Source: Octopus sinensis | Taxonomy: Eukaryota | DNA: 64,000 bases | Direction of reading: 5' to 3' | NCBI RefSeq assembly: GCF_006345805.1 | Contig: NC_043013.1 | Location: 42,284,001 to 42,348,000 of the forward strand | Shown: positions 12,616 through 27,302 of the stretch, in pieces | How positions within the stretch are numbered: the first letter of the stretch is position 1 | Layout: every line of letters starts with the position of its first letter | The notes under the pieces: model-generated | The model's input: the letters and a program-made list of their open reading frames with translations, nothing else | Told to the model about the DNA's origin: nothing | Database searches by the model: none | Made by a program: the position numbers and the translations under genes

Positions 12616-13994
12616 AGAGAAAGAGAAAGACATACATCCATCTATATACGCGCATGCACATCCAACCCCCACACACACATCAAACCACTATGCACACTTA
12701 AAAGTAACACAATAGAATGTGAGAGGGCTGATGAGGGTTTGTATTGGCAACTGATAGGCCTTGTTAGTTAAGATAAATGCCTGTAATTTAATCTCTCTGT
12801 CAAGTACCTCCTCAATGAATCAGATGTGGTGGGGCCAGGACAGATAATATTCAGGAAAAACAACTTTTAGTTTATATAGCAAGAATAGAGCTGCCCGTTG
12901 TAAGAAAGAATGGCTAACTTATGTTCACTTTGTATGTGTTTGAGACTACAAGAGGTCACTGGAAAGTTCCTGAGTTGAAGGGTATCACAAAAGGCCTGGT
13001 TAGAGGCCCAACCTTCTGAGTTCTTTTACATGGTTTAGAAAAACTGAAGGACTACTGTAATAAGTGTGTGAATCTGAAAGGGGAATATGTTCATTGAAAT
13101 CATTATTTATTTTCCCTCTTGTATTTTCTTTTATCCAAAGCCAGAAACCCCCTTTTAAATGTGTGTGTGTTGCTCTATGACTGAATAAGTGTCTTTGTAT
13201 GGGTGTGTTTAATGTTAAAAATCTTTCAATAGCAGCTCTAAAGCAAGTTCACAAGAAACACAGACAGGAATTTTTTAAAGCGTGTTTACTGATATTGCAA
13301 TGATCCACAATTAAGTTTAATGTTACAAAGGAAAAGATGAAGTTCATTTGAACTGTGAGATTTCAGTCTACACACAGACACACACAATTATGCTATATAT
13401 TGTGTATATGTGTAGTAATACACCAAAAAGAGTCTAGTAGACTAAGTACCAAACTTAAAATATATAAATTTACTGGCAAAACCTTTCAAAGTGGTGCCCC
13501 AGCGTGGTCGCAGCTTACTGACAAACAAATAAAAGAATAAATGGAAGAATATGAATAAAGATGTGTGTGTATATATAACGTATATATATATAGTTAATCA
13601 AATATATTCAATGAGAATACAGTATACTGAATTTCGAATAAGTGTTCTTGGTAGGGAAATGTCTAAAGCCTTAAGGGTTTTTAGAGATTTAATAAGAGTG
13701 ATTGTAAAGTAAGATAAATAATATTGTATTAATAGATCATACCTTGTATATTTATCTATTAATGCAATATTATTTATATTATGGACGGTATATCTTATGT
13801 GATTTTTTGATGTAATTTTTCCAGCTCTTACTTGATAATATATATATATGTTTATGTGTATGTATATATATATATATATGTGTGTGTATACATATTCTTT
13901 TATTTTTTTCAAATAACTGAAACAAGTAAAAGTGTAAACAGTAGTGTGTATATATATATATATATATATAATATATATATATATACACACACAC

Positions 13995-14160
13995 ACAGGA
14001 CTGGCTTCTTTCAGTTTCCATCTACCAAATCCATTCACAAGGCTTTGGTTGGCCCGAGGCTATAGTAAAAGATACTTGCCCAAGGTGCCACGCAGTGGGA
14101 CTGAAACCGGAACCATATGGTCAAGAAGCAAGCTTCTTACCACACAGCCACTCCTACACC
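13995..14160 (-). mobile_element. tRNA-derived SINE (family B), 5' part
   Basis: Reverse complement of ggcgtaggagtggctgtgtggtaag...ggttcagtcccactgcgtggcaccttgggcaag, as also seen at 36815, 56500 and 61300-61655. Confidence 0.75.
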
Positions 14161-14175
14161 CATAAATATTTATAT

Positions 14176-14247
<72 letters not shown>

Positions 14248-14950
14248 ATACATACATGTATATATGCGCTTAGATTCTAACATCAGGTTATTAGCATCGC
14301 AGTGTTCATAGTTGGAACAGTTAGAATTGATCTGTGATTAAAGAGCAACATGAATGAAGGAGTGAATATGTAGTCATTCTATCTGCTAGAAATAGAAGTC
14401 AAATCTCCCTTTAATCATGTCCTGTTGTCTTTAAGAAAAGACACTTTGGATAATGTTGTCCTAGATAGACAGCCCGAATGATAGATGGGATAGTCGCTGA
14501 TGAAGCACCAGTGATCATGGGTCTATGCAAGCAGTGCTTAGTTGGGGTTAAATAACCTCTTCGTTTTTTTGGTTTTCTTTAATAAATTGCACCTAAACCC
14601 CAAAACCGTCACCACCATCATCCCTACAAAGTATCTTTGTTCCTGCTTCAGTGACAAACACAAAGGTTCTGTTTTAGGGGCCTAACTATACAGTCATGTT
14701 ATGTATTGCGTCTTTTAAAAGACACCCAGGTAAATATTTCCATTTTGTATCTGTGATGGAGGTGGCTGGGGTATGGTGTTACTGGCGGGTGCAGCGACAC
14801 AATGTTACAGCACATGTCCCATACTACTACTATTACTACATTTCAATACGCTTGGTCCCCATTAAACATTGGGAGGCTTATTCCAATTTCAGATTGGATT
14901 CGAATCAGTAAGCTTTATTTCTATGTTAAGGTATTAAAAATATCTTTTAG

Positions 14951-15165
14951 GGCGGCGAGCTGGCAGAAACGTTAGCACGCCGGGCGAAACGCGTAGCCGT
15001 ATTTCGTCTGTCGCTACGTTCTGAGTTCAAATTCCGCCGAGGTCGACTTTGCCTTTTATCCTTTCGGGGTCGATAAATTAAGTACTAGTTACACACTGGG
15101 GTCGATGTAATCGACTTAATACCTATGTCTGTCTTTGTTTGTCCCCTTGTGGGTAATAAAGAAAC
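14951..15165 (+). mobile_element. tRNA-derived SINE (family A) with 18-bp TSD
   Basis: Head ggcggcgagctggcagaaacg, B box gagttcaaattcc, body gtcgactttgcc..cctttcggggtcgat. TSD aggtattaaaaatatctt on both sides. Confidence 0.85.
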
Positions 15166-15617
15166 AGGTATTAAAAATATCTTATCCACTAGGCAACTGT
15201 AAAGAGGAGGGGCAATGGGAGTCAAATCGGTGGTGTTGTGTATAGTTTGGAAGGCGAAAAAGAACAGCAACGTGGTGAGAGTGTGTGGTTGTGTTTATAC
15301 GTGAGTGTGAGGGTGTTGGAAAGAACTGATCGATAATCCAGGAACGCTTAAAAACAGTTAATTCAAACGAACGTAAGAAAAATGTCATCGTCGTCATTGG
15401 GATGTTTGATGGCTAAAGGAAGTGTATAAGGCTGGATTTCTCCTCTATACGGGTCAGTCCGTCTAGCAAAGCTCCGTCTGGCCGCTCAGTTATTAATATT
15501 CATTTGAGCCCTGGGGTTAATAAAATCAATTAAGCCCCCACCAGTGCTAAAATTGCTGGCCTTCTGCCAAACATTTGAAGCTACTATTACCACCATCATC
15601 ATTGTTGTTGTTGTTGA

Positions 15618-15818
15618 AGCGATTAGCTGGTTGAATCTTTAATACGTCAGACCAATTGTTTAGCGGCTTTCGCTTTTGAGTTCAAATTCCGTCGCGGTCG
15701 ACTTTGCCTTTCATCTTTTCTGGGACTGACAACGTGAGTACCTATCAATTAATGAGGTCGATGTAATCGACTTAACCCTCTTCCCCACAAGATTTCAGGC
15801 TTTGTGCTTATAGTAGTA

Positions 15819-15850
<32 letters not shown>

Positions 15851-18800
15851 GGAGCACTCCGTCAGTTACGACGACGTGGGTCCCAGCTGATCCGATCAAC
15901 GAAGCAGCTTGCTCGTGAAATTAACTGCAAGTGGCTGAGCACTTCACAAACACATGTACCCTCAACGTAGTTCTCATGGACATTCAGCGTGACACAAAGT
16001 GTGACAAGACTTTGAAATACAGGTACTACTCACTTTTGCCAGTTGAGTGGACTGGGGAGCAACGTGAAATAAAGTGTCTTGCTCAAGGACAAAACGCGTC
16101 GCCGGGAACTGAACTCTCGACCTTACGGTCGTGAGCCGAATGCCCTAGCCACTAAGCCACGCGCCCTCACACATTATTATTATTATTGTAGTTGTTAAAG
16201 GTGACGAACTGGTAGAATCGTTAGCACGCCTAGCAAGATGCTTATTCGTCCGTCTTTACATTCTGAGTTCAAATTCCACCGAGGTCGACTTTGCCTTTCA
16301 TCCTTTCGGGAATCGATAAAAAGAATACCAGTCGCTCACTAGGGTCGATGTAATCGATTTACCCCCACTCCCCCGAAATTGCTGGCCCTGTGCCAAAATT
16401 TGAAATTATTTCTCACTATTTGCAATTTAAACGTTCCCACAACTCTCACTAGACATTCTCATAAACCTCTCTCAGCCTTTATCTTCTATCATAGAGAACC
16501 GCAGCATCCTCATACATATACGCAGACGTGCGTAAACATATATATACTGGCAGCTTTAAGTACAACTGAAAAAGACCCCACCCCACCCCACCCTCTCTTG
16601 TACCCGCGAGGATCAAAAGGTGTTTATTTGACGAGTGGCACAGAAGCGTATCCGCCGATCCGGCCTTTGATCATTCATCGGCGCCAATTAATGGTAACTA
16701 TGGTTTCTAATAGACAAAAAATGATCATAAATTCTGGTAGAGGGAAAACTGTCGGTAATATTTACTACAGTACATTACTGGTACTTTATTTTATCGATCC
16801 TGGAATATTGATAAGCAAAGTTGACCATAACCATTTTAATAATAATAATAATCCTTTCTACAAAAGGCACAAGGCCTGAAATTTGGTAGGAGGGGACTAG
16901 TCGATTACATTGACCCCAGTTTTTTTTTTTTTTTTCTGGTACTTAAGAATAAAAATAATTTTTCAATAGGAACGAGGCCTAAAATTCGGGGGTGGTGAGT
17001 AAGCTAGTTGATTACATGTACCCCCTTGTTCAACTGGTACTTATCTCATTGACCCCCGAAAGAACGAAAGGCAAAGTCGACATCGGTGAAATCGTAAAAA
17101 CGGACAAAATGCCGCTAAGCATTTTGTCCGGCCTGCTAATTATTTGGTCTGTTCGCCGCTACCTTTATTTTTGAATACTTCTTTCTACAATAATAGGCAC
17201 GAGATCAGCAGTTTTGCGGGAGGAACAAGTAGATTATATCGATACCGAAAGGATAAAAGGCTAAGTCGACCTCGGTAGAATTTGAACTCAGAACGTATAT
17301 ACGGAAGAAATGTTGCTAAAAGTTTTATCCGGCATGCTAACGATTCCACCGGTTCGTCAGTAATAATTATGTTTATGCTTGTATTTCATTTTATATATCC
17401 ATTAAACAGCAACTTTCCATACTAATACAATGAAATTTTAAGTTTATACGCGAACCATATTCCAAAAGGCTATTTAATTGTCTTTGATCGTCTCTATAAT
17501 CACGTTTCTTCTATCTCTGGCGCTAAAAATAAAACATTGATAGATTTTCATAAGGGTAGTTATGAGGATTATCTCCCTTAGACAAAGTGTAAAATAAAAA
17601 ATTTACTATAATTCAAGGGAAATAACTATCATTAATTTAAAAAGAATTTTCAAGGGAGATAACTATTCGGGAAACGCCGTCTAGTTGTGGTTCTTCAAAC
17701 TGGATTGAGTACGGAAGTCACAAAAAAAAAAAATTACGAGAAATAAAATTAATGCATTCTCTAAATTCATAATACAGGATAATTTTAAAGTATTCTTACA
17801 GATCAGTTGTACTAGAGGATTGTGTGTATAAATACGTATTAATTGAAATATAGATTAAATTTCCCGTTTAACGCTATTTACAAGCAAATACACTATTTCT
17901 GAAATAAATTACCGCCGTAAGAATACGAAATAGTCGGCTGGTCTTTATATGATGAAAAATTATGATATACAAATATTTTCTATTGAGAAAATTTGTAATG
18001 AATATAGCTTCATTGAGGCTCTAATCTATTTAGATTAATTGAAGGTGTTTGATTAAGTCAACCATCAACATTTGCTTCCGATCCCTTTTCGGGTATTATG
18101 TACAGCGTCTTCGCAATTTGATGCAACTGTGCTTATTTTCATCGCTTCTGTATTTAGGCTCTTGAACTATAAACCACGGAAGCTGAAGTTGTTGATGGGT
18201 ATCTTGTCCGGACTTGGGATTTGAACAGGTTCTGCTCGCCGCCTTCTTTTTTATTTTTTTAATAATTCTTTCTACAAAAGGCACAAGGCTAGCAATTTTA
18301 TAGGGAGAGGAAAATCTATTACACAGACCCCAGTGGTCGGCTGGTACTTATTGCATCGACCCCGGAGGGATAAAGCACAAAGATGACCTCCGTGGAATTT
18401 GAACTCGGATCGTAAACCCGGAAGAAATATCGTAGCTGATGGCACCGAATACCCACGAAATCATGGCGGTTACCACTATACTGAAAGAATTCGAGGTGCG
18501 ACTCTGTTTTTAGCCTTTGTAGAATATCGTTTTGTTGTCCACGATCTGCCTTTAACAGCATTTAACCTTAACTTCGTCTTTGATGCTGTGTAAGAACATC
18601 ATAAACATAGCAGCTTCAGTGTTGCATTCATATTACTTTAAGTTAATAGAAGCCATTACACATTGAATAAAAGACGCTGACCTCTAGTGACCGACTCTGA
18701 TTTCATCACAGTTTACTTCATAACCAGACGGTTCTGGTAATCGATATCGATTATGATTGATCAGCTACTCAGTTATTTTTCTCCTCTCCGTTAAAACAGC

Positions 18801-19160
18801 CAATACCTGATCAAATTGTCCCCATCCCCCCACCATTCTCTTTTATCCACCCTGGGTGAAGTTGGTCAGATGCACGTCACACGTATCTTAAGGTGTTGAG
18901 TCATGTTTTAAATTATTAGAAATTATAGTTATTAATCTCATGGCAGTGGATTGGTAGACTCGCTAGAACGTCAAGAAAACCTGCCTTGTAGTATTTGTGA
19001 TGGATCTTAACACTGAGTTCGAATTCTACCGAGGTCAACGTTTCCTTTTATCCTTTCGGAGTCAATAAAATAAGGTACCAGTCATATATTGAGGTTGATG
19101 TCATCGATTTGTCCCTTTCCCCTCAAAATTGCTGCCTTTCAGCCAAAATTTGAAAGAATT
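15618..19160. mobile_element. Cluster of diverged family A SINE copies (~15618+, ~16199+, ~16855-, ~17180-, ~18280-, ~18940+)
   Basis: Recurrent gagttcaaattc/gaatttgaactc and gtcgactttgcc/ggcaaagtcgac motifs. Boundaries are approximate. Confidence 0.65.
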
Positions 19161-21425
19161 TTTAGTATCTAGTATCAGGGTCATGGGATTGATAAAATCT
19201 TTAGATTGTCGGACGAAATGTTTTGCGGTGTTTGTTCCAGTTCCTTAACGCCTGTGTTCGAATCCCATCGCCTGTGATCCTTTGTAGTAAATTACCAGTC
19301 AAATAGTAATGTTAGTTTAATAAAACATCCTATATATAGAAGAAGACATAACCATCCTCCGACAGAAAAGACCTACAAGGTTACTCGTCGAAGGGCGGTT
19401 ATAGCGCTTTCTGTGTGACAGTACCACACGGGACGGCATCGGTGAACCAGTTTTGAAATGCACGATACTCTAAGAAAAGTAACATAGGAACTCTTTAATA
19501 TAAGGGGAGAAAAACTAATCCCTTTTTCTGTGATTGATTTGTGATCTGTAGCACAATCATTACAGAACTGAGCTTTTAGCTTAGAAAATTTCCAACATCG
19601 TTTTATGTTGAAAATCTTTGCAGCTACTGCATTAATTCCCATTCAATGTTCTTGCAAATATATAAATAATATTAATTCTTAATTTCCCAAAAGCCACCAG
19701 CGAGACCGCACGCGATTAATATATGATAGACCCATGTATGAGAAAACCTCATCGTGATCGCTCAGTTTGCTAATAGTAGCAAACAAATCGCCTTCAAATA
19801 ACTCTTCCTTTTCGAAACGGAATGAGAAGCGCATTGAATAATAGAGGAAAGCGTGAAGTGCTTATGGCTAGAATGGTTTTGATCATCATTTTTTTCTCCC
19901 TGTTAGTAACCTTCAAATCTAGCCAGTCTCCATTTCCTTCACACGATGGGAGAAACCACCTGATTGGTTAGTTGAGAAATAGTGTGTGTTTTGTGACAAA
20001 CATTTTCTCTCTCTGATTCCCAGTAGTATAAACTTACAGTCCATCAGATAGAAATCAAGCGACATTCTACTCATTTCCTGCTTACATTTTGTTTATTAAT
20101 GTATGTGTGTATGTGAATATTATATATATATATATATATACACACACATATCTACTTGTGTGCGTGTATATATATATATATACACACACACACATATCTG
20201 CTTGTGTGCGTATACATATATACATACATACATATATATATATACACACACGCATATCTGCTTATGTGCGCGCGTGTGTGTGTATATATATATATACACA
20301 CGCGCGCATATCTGCTTGTGTGCGTATACATATATATATACACACACGCACGTGTGTATATATATACACATACACATTTACGTGCTCACATACCTATTTG
20401 GTTATTCAGACACGCGCGTATGAGTGCATACGTTTGGATGTTCGAACGAGAGGGCAAAAGTATTGAATAAATGTAGTAGTTATACCATTATTCGATGTTT
20501 CAAGAACAAGAAACTCGGAATGGCGACGGGATGAAACTTCAGCTTATAGTAAATGAATACACACGAACACGAATGATATTAAGTGAACTATCAAAAGATT
20601 GTACATTTTTTTTTTTATTCAGTCATTCCCTTTTTCCCTTTGTAAATATTTTTCACGCCCTTCACCCCAACTCGGTGTCCTAAACATTAGATAGAAAGCT
20701 AGCACACACAGAAATACAAACGCTAGTTTAATCTTATTTGTACTCATTCACATGCACATAGACACATTCGCATAAACTCACAAAACTCAAGAATATTTAC
20801 TATTATATAACTAAGGATTTTTTTTAAACCTGATCAGAAATAGTCATCCACTGTCGCAATATCTTCAGACACACATATCTAAACTCACATGCAAAAGCAA
20901 GCTCACACACATAAATGCAGATGTCTTTCCTCTCCCTTCATCTCATCAATCTATCTCTATTTCTATCACACGCAAATTTTTCCTACCAATTCCCTTTAAC
21001 CCACCGAAATCATACACCCAACACCCCCATTCCATCCCAGAAATGTCCTTCAAGTCCCCCCAGAAAATCTATTTTTTAACATGTCTTACAGTCTTCCATT
21101 GCTGATAATACGTGAGATGAATAAAAATGAAGCGAACTCCAAGAAAGGAAAACAAAGCAAAAAAAAAAAAGAAGAAAAATGAAAGAAAGAAGTATTATAA
21201 TATAAAACTAACGAAATGATTGAACAAATGAATGATTTTTAAAAATGAATAAAGGAAAGATTTTATTGAAATGTCTTGATAAAAATAACTGAAATTAAAT
21301 AAAATCTTAACGTAATAAATTCTAAGAGTTTTGTTTTTGTTGTCTGCAAATTAAGAAATGGATGGGGGCAGACGATATGCAACTTACTCTTGATGTGGCA
21401 TGCGACTTTAGAAGATGATCTAAGA

Positions 21426-21459
<34 letters not shown>

Positions 21460-21469
<10 letters not shown>

Positions 21470-22670
21470 TAAAACCTGAAATATGAGGACACTGGTGATT
21501 ATCTGCCTCGGTTACAGTAAATCTACAAAAGAGGGTGAGGAAAAGAAAGGTGATATTAGCACTTAAATAGTGGGTAAGTACAATCGTGTGTATATATATA
21601 AACACTTCAAACGATCACACTTTCAACAGTACAACCTAAGGGTCTCTTTTAGCTGCGCCCCCAATATTAAGAGCATTCCAATTAACACCCCTAGGCCACG
21701 AACGGTGGTAGGATGTTCATGCAGGGTTTACAACAGATGCCCAGTGGGAGACCATTGCGAAACTGAGGGAGTCGTATATGAAGCTAAAGTGGTAATCGAC
21801 CCTGGTAGTAACAGCAGCAGCTTTGCCAATGACTATTACAGCAGCAGGAACCCGAGAAGAAGACATAGCATCACCATCGTCAATGATAGCAATATTAACA
21901 ATGACAGCATCCCGAACAGAAATAGTAGCAGCAACATCGCTAATGATGACAATATCAACAGCGATATCAGCCACCTCGATAGCGCCGATAACTGCTCCAA
22001 CAACAGCAATAACACCACCACCGATTATGTCCCCTACGCTAGCACTAACAGCACCAATATCAGCGTCAAGAGCGGAAGCAGCGGCATCAACGTCAACAAA
22101 AACAGCGTCGTAAACAAAGGAACACGAAAATACACCGGCTGTTCCGGAAACACGTTCAAGCAGCGCCTCGCCAACCACAGATCCTCTTTCAGGATCTGTG
22201 AGACGAGATTTCCTACGTCCTTAGCTAGCCATGTATAGTGGCTGGAAGACGAAGGAACTCCACACGTAATATCATGAAAGATCTTAGAAATTCCAGGCCC
22301 CTACATCTGTGAGACTAAACGTTGTAAGCTGTGCCTTGCCGAAAGAACGAGGCTTTAAAGGACTCCCTCGACCCGGGGAACATCCTTAACTCCAGAACAG
22401 AAGTTTCTGGACCCTGCTTGCACTTCAAAAAATTACTGCTGACGTTCTGGGATCCAGAAACTAAGAGGGTCAATTATGAATACCAATCAAAGGGAGACAA
22501 TAACTTGGTGTTGACAAATAGTAACGAAGTTTTTTTCTCCTCCATTTCTAGAGAGGCCATAGGCCAACGGGTTTAGGGTCTGAAGAAACGCTGTAAAGCT
22601 AAGCGCTTTATGGACGTGAAACCCCGAGTAACCCCATAAACCGGCTATATCTATATTTATCTTTCTACAT
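21460..22670 (+). mobile_element. Penelope-like element 3' remnant (Penelope/Poseidon-type GIY-YIG endonuclease plus pLTR)
   Basis: Translates LRVSFSCAPNIKSI...CSCR...CP..DHC...GVVY...YTG.SGNTFKQRLANHRSSF...TSLASHV*W..., C.LCLAE, NILNSRTEV...C.H. Stops and frameshifts present; (TA)n at both flanks. Confidence 0.85.
22570..22642 (+). ncRNA. Type I hammerhead ribozyme in Penelope pLTR
   Basis: Stem I ggttta-gggt / accc-ca-taaacc. Core CTGAAGA at 22580-22586. Stem II acg-ctgtaaagc / gctttatgg-a-cgt. GAAAC at 22618; cleavage triplet GTA at 22628-22630. Confidence 0.8.
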
Positions 22671-22682
22671 ATATATATATAT

Positions 22683-24900
22683 CCGTGATGATGTCACGCC
22701 TATGGTATTCTTGCCGCACTCCAACACTGTATGTGATACTCTGGTAGTACACATTAAACAGATGAGGATGGTAATATGTACCACATATCGCCCACCAGAT
22801 GCCCCAGATCATGAGAACTCATTTGAAGAGTGCCTCCAAAAAACGAGACAATGATCTGCACATACTTCTCTTAGGGGATTTCAACCTCCCTCATGTAAAA
22901 TGGCCAGAGGGTTGTCCCCTTTCAAGTATGTCACTTTAAAATCGGAAGCATGCAGAGTCTTTGCTTGACTTCACTGACGCACTCTTTATGGAGCAGATGG
23001 TGCATCACCCCTGAAAGAATATCCTGGACCTATGTTTCGCAAACATCTCGGCACTCATACATGTTGTGAGAGTGACAACGACGCTCTTTTCGGACCATAA
23101 TTTAATAGAGTTAGTGATGTATGAACCACAAAAGACCACGGACATACGAAATACTAGAAACACTCATCTCACATCTAGCCTGAATTTCCACAAAGCTGAC
23201 TGGAAGGGCATTGAGAAAGAGTTCCTGAAATGTAACTGGTCCACCATCCTCCCAGGGGAAAACGTCGACATGAAACTACAGACCTTCATGGCGACCATGT
23301 ATGATATCTGCAGTAAGTTTACCCCAAAGAGAACAACAAATCAACGGGCGAAGAAAAATATAATACCCAGGTACTAATGACACGAAGAGCAAAAATCTCA
23401 AACCATCTAAATCGACATCTAAAAGATTTCAGACGAATCCACCTCGAATGCACCTTGCTTGAGATTGAAAACGCACTGAAACTTTCCCATAAAAAAGAAA
23501 GGGCAGAAAAGGAAGCCAGGGCTATCAAAAACATTAAAGCGGACCCCTAAGGCCTTCTATAGATATGCTTCTGTGCGCTACAAAATAGGACCGCTACTAG
23601 ATGAAAATGGCTCACCAACTGCGGACCCCCAGAGAATCAGTGAATTACTGAATGCACAATAGAAGAGTGCTTTCAACATACCGCTGGGGAAGCTACGAGT
23701 GAATGTGTCGGATAGGTTATTTGACCCCGATGACACGGATTGTGAAATGGCAACTATTGATAACATCATAGAGGAACCAGATGTGATATCAGCCATTGAA
23801 GAGCTGAACTCGAACTCGACAACGGGCCCTGATGGGTTCCTTGCAATCCTCCTAAAGAAATGTAAAAAAGAGCTCTAGCTAGACCGCTTCAAATCCTTTT
23901 CCAGGAGTCCCTCAGGATGGGGAAACTCCCCAAAAAACTAAAAGAGAGAATAATATACCCTATCCATAAGGGAGGAAGCAGGACAGAGGCTAGGAATTAT
24001 AGATCTGTCTCCCTGACCTCCCACGTCAGTAAAGTCATGGAGCGCATTGTCAGGAAGAGACTGAGTGCCTTGAGGATAATGACCTGCTCTCTGACATCCA
24101 ACATGGCTTTCGCCCGTCTTACACAGCTTCTGCGACACTATGACTGGGTACTGAAGCAATTAATGAACTGCTCAAAGGTGGATGTGGTATACCTCGATTT
24201 TGTGAAGGTATTTGACAAGGTCGACCATGGAATGATATGCCACAAAATACGGGTACTCGGCATCACAGGTAAAGTCGGAGAGTGGCTGCATGATTTCCTA
24301 AAGAACAAGAGCCAAATTGTAGCAGTCAACGGAGCTCTCTCCACAGAGATACCAATAGTGAGTGGGGTGCCCCAGGGCACTGTGCTGGGGCCAATGCTTT
24401 TCATGGTAGCCCTATCGGATATGCCATCAGTGACAGAGGCAGTCATACTTACTAGCTATGCCGACGACACCAAAGTCGGACAGTTAGTCAAGGAAACCTC
24501 TGATGCTACGCTGTCACAGAAAGATCTAAATGTCATCTATACATGGGCTGAGGATAACAACAAACAATTTAATGCAAGTAAATTCCAGGCCCTCCGCTAC
24601 CAGTCAAGCACTGCTCAGGAATCAGAACAGTACGTTTAACCAAGTGGAGCAACGATCCCAGGATCAAATACGGTGCGTGATCTTGAAATAGAAATAAGCA
24701 ACAATGCCTCATTTCACACACATATCAACAAAATAGTAGCAGCATCCAGAAGACTGGCCGGTTGGATTCTGAGAACCTTCCGGACAAGAGATCAAGAAAC
24801 TATGATGACACTATGGAAGTCATGTATCCTCAGCCGACTGGACTACTGCTCTCAGCTATGGTCACCCTTATACTACAAGGACGATAGTAGAGCTTGAAGC
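22683..24900 (+). mobile_element. CR1/L2-group LINE ORF2 pseudogene (APE + RT)
   Basis: APE motifs YRPPD, LLGDFNLPHVKW, NILDLCF, SDHNLI. RT motifs RNYRSVSLTS, YLDFVKVFDKVDH, SGVPQGTVLGP, YADDTK, SRLDYCSQLWSP. Many stops and frameshifts. Confidence 0.9.
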
Positions 24901-25829
24901 AGTGTGTGTGTATGTATGTATATATATATATATTATATATATATATATATATATATTGACGAGATAGTTTCCTCGAAAGGGATTGTTAATAACAATCCAG
25001 ATGCCAGTTGGCTTTATCAAATATATTGAAAGAAAGTTCCTGAATATAGATGTATAAACAGTCTAATAAATTATAAAGAAAATAGAGAAGAAAATATATA
25101 ATAGATACTTGGTTCATTTTATTTGTATCACAAAGGAAAAGTGATGCAAAGTAAAAACGATACCTATCAGAAACATGTGTAGGATTTTTCTCGGATATAT
25201 TTTGGTTGTTTTGTTAATCCGCTTCCTTTTAGCTTTATTCTTCTGGGTATCACTTTTACATTTCCTTTGTGATACAAATAAAATGAACCAAGTATATATT
25301 ATATTTTTTCCTCTCCATTTTCTTTTATTAACTTTATACATACATGGTGGCTGCCCCCTCGTTATCGAGTATGGCCATTGCACGAAGCTTAGTCAATGTT
25401 GTTATCGTGCAATGCCTGTGCAAGAAGATTTTTTTAAAGTGAGGAAAGGCTGTGCATACATACACACACACACACACACACATACATACATACATATAAA
25501 CAAACAAACACTGTATTTTATTTTGCTCGAGTCAGTCTCTTGCTACTTTGGATATCAGATATGAGAGCATAGGATCTTTAGGCAAGGCACCTACAGATGA
25601 AACTCAAGGTAGCAAGAGAGTGACTCTACTAAAATAAAATATATTAGTCTCTTCTATAGTATTGAGTACTACCTTTTTATAAATGTAGATAATCTACATG
25701 TTATTGGAGCTGAAAATAAGAGTTTCCCAGAGCTGTTAGCCAGACAGTCGTAAGTATTAAGAATACGTTTAATCTTTCTCCTTTGATATTCGAGTATTAT
25801 TCTCTCCATCTTGTTCTGCACTTAGGTAC

Positions 25830-26600
25830 TTATATATATATATATATATACAATACATACATACATACATATATATATACATACATATATACATATATAT
25901 ACATATATATACATTATATATACATATATATACATACATACATACATATATACATACATATATACATACATATATATTACATATATATATACATATATAT
26001 ACATATATATACATAATATATCTATATATATACATATATATATACATACATATATATATATATACATATATATATATACATATACACATATATATATATA
26101 TATATATATACATTATATATATACATATAATATATACATATATATATACATATATATACACAACATACATATATATACATATATACATATATATATATAT
26201 ATACTATAATACACATACATATATATATACAATATATATATACATATACATAATACATATATATATACATATATATACATTATATATATACATATTACAT
26301 ATATACATATATATATACATATATATACATATATATATACATATATATATATACATATATATATACATATTACATATATATACATATATATATATACATA
26401 TATACATATATATACGTATATATACTATATACATATATATACGTATATATACATATACATATATATACGTATATATACATATATATACTATATATACAAT
26501 ATATACATATATATACATATATATACATATATATACATAATATACATATATATACATATATATATATATACACATATATATATATATATACATACATATA
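25830..26600. repeat. (TA/CA)n microsatellite tract
   Basis: Direct inspection. Confidence 0.95.
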
Positions 26601-27302
26601 TTCTACTCTGGGCACAAGGCTCGAAATTTCTGGGGAAAGGACCAGTCGATTAGATCGACCCCAGTACGCAACTGGTTCTTAATTTATCGACCCCGAAAGG
26701 AATGGAAAGCAAAGTCCACCCCGGCGGAATTTGAACTCAAAACGTAAACTCAGAAGAAATGCAGATAAGTATTTTGCCCAGCGTGCGAAACGATTCTTCC
26801 TGCTCACCGTCCTATATATGACTAGTAATGCTGGTTTCTATTTCTCCGGCGTGCTAACGATTCTGCCAGCTCGCCACCTTCATATGACCAGTAGTATTGA
26901 CTAATAATCCATAGCGGTAATTAGCGCCAATTAACTCAGTCATTAAGGCAAGCACATAAGCACGTGCACATTATTCACTCTATAATGGCGCTTAACGATG
27001 CCTCATTAACTTTCGTCTTCATGATGACTACATTTAACGTATTTATGGAGCTGAACTGATTAATATAGTTCTGAGTTTGTGCATTTGTAGCTTTTATCTT
27101 TTACTTGTTTCAGCCTACTTGTTTCAGACTACGGCCATGCTGGGGCATTGCCATAAAGGGTGGAGAAAATAACACACGAATACCAAAGGAGGTAGATTAA
27201 AATATTCTGAATAATACTCACGAGTGTTTGGCGAACGGTTTCGTGAAACTGAGTAACGGTTTGTGAAGTATTTTCAGCTCCAATAAAAATGAAAATTGTA
27301 TA

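Noticed and set aside
12728-14510. Isolated CTGATGA heptamers at ~12728, ~14497 and ~33010, and TTGACGA at ~24956
   Set aside because: No compatible combination of stem I, stem II, GAAA and stem III could be folded.
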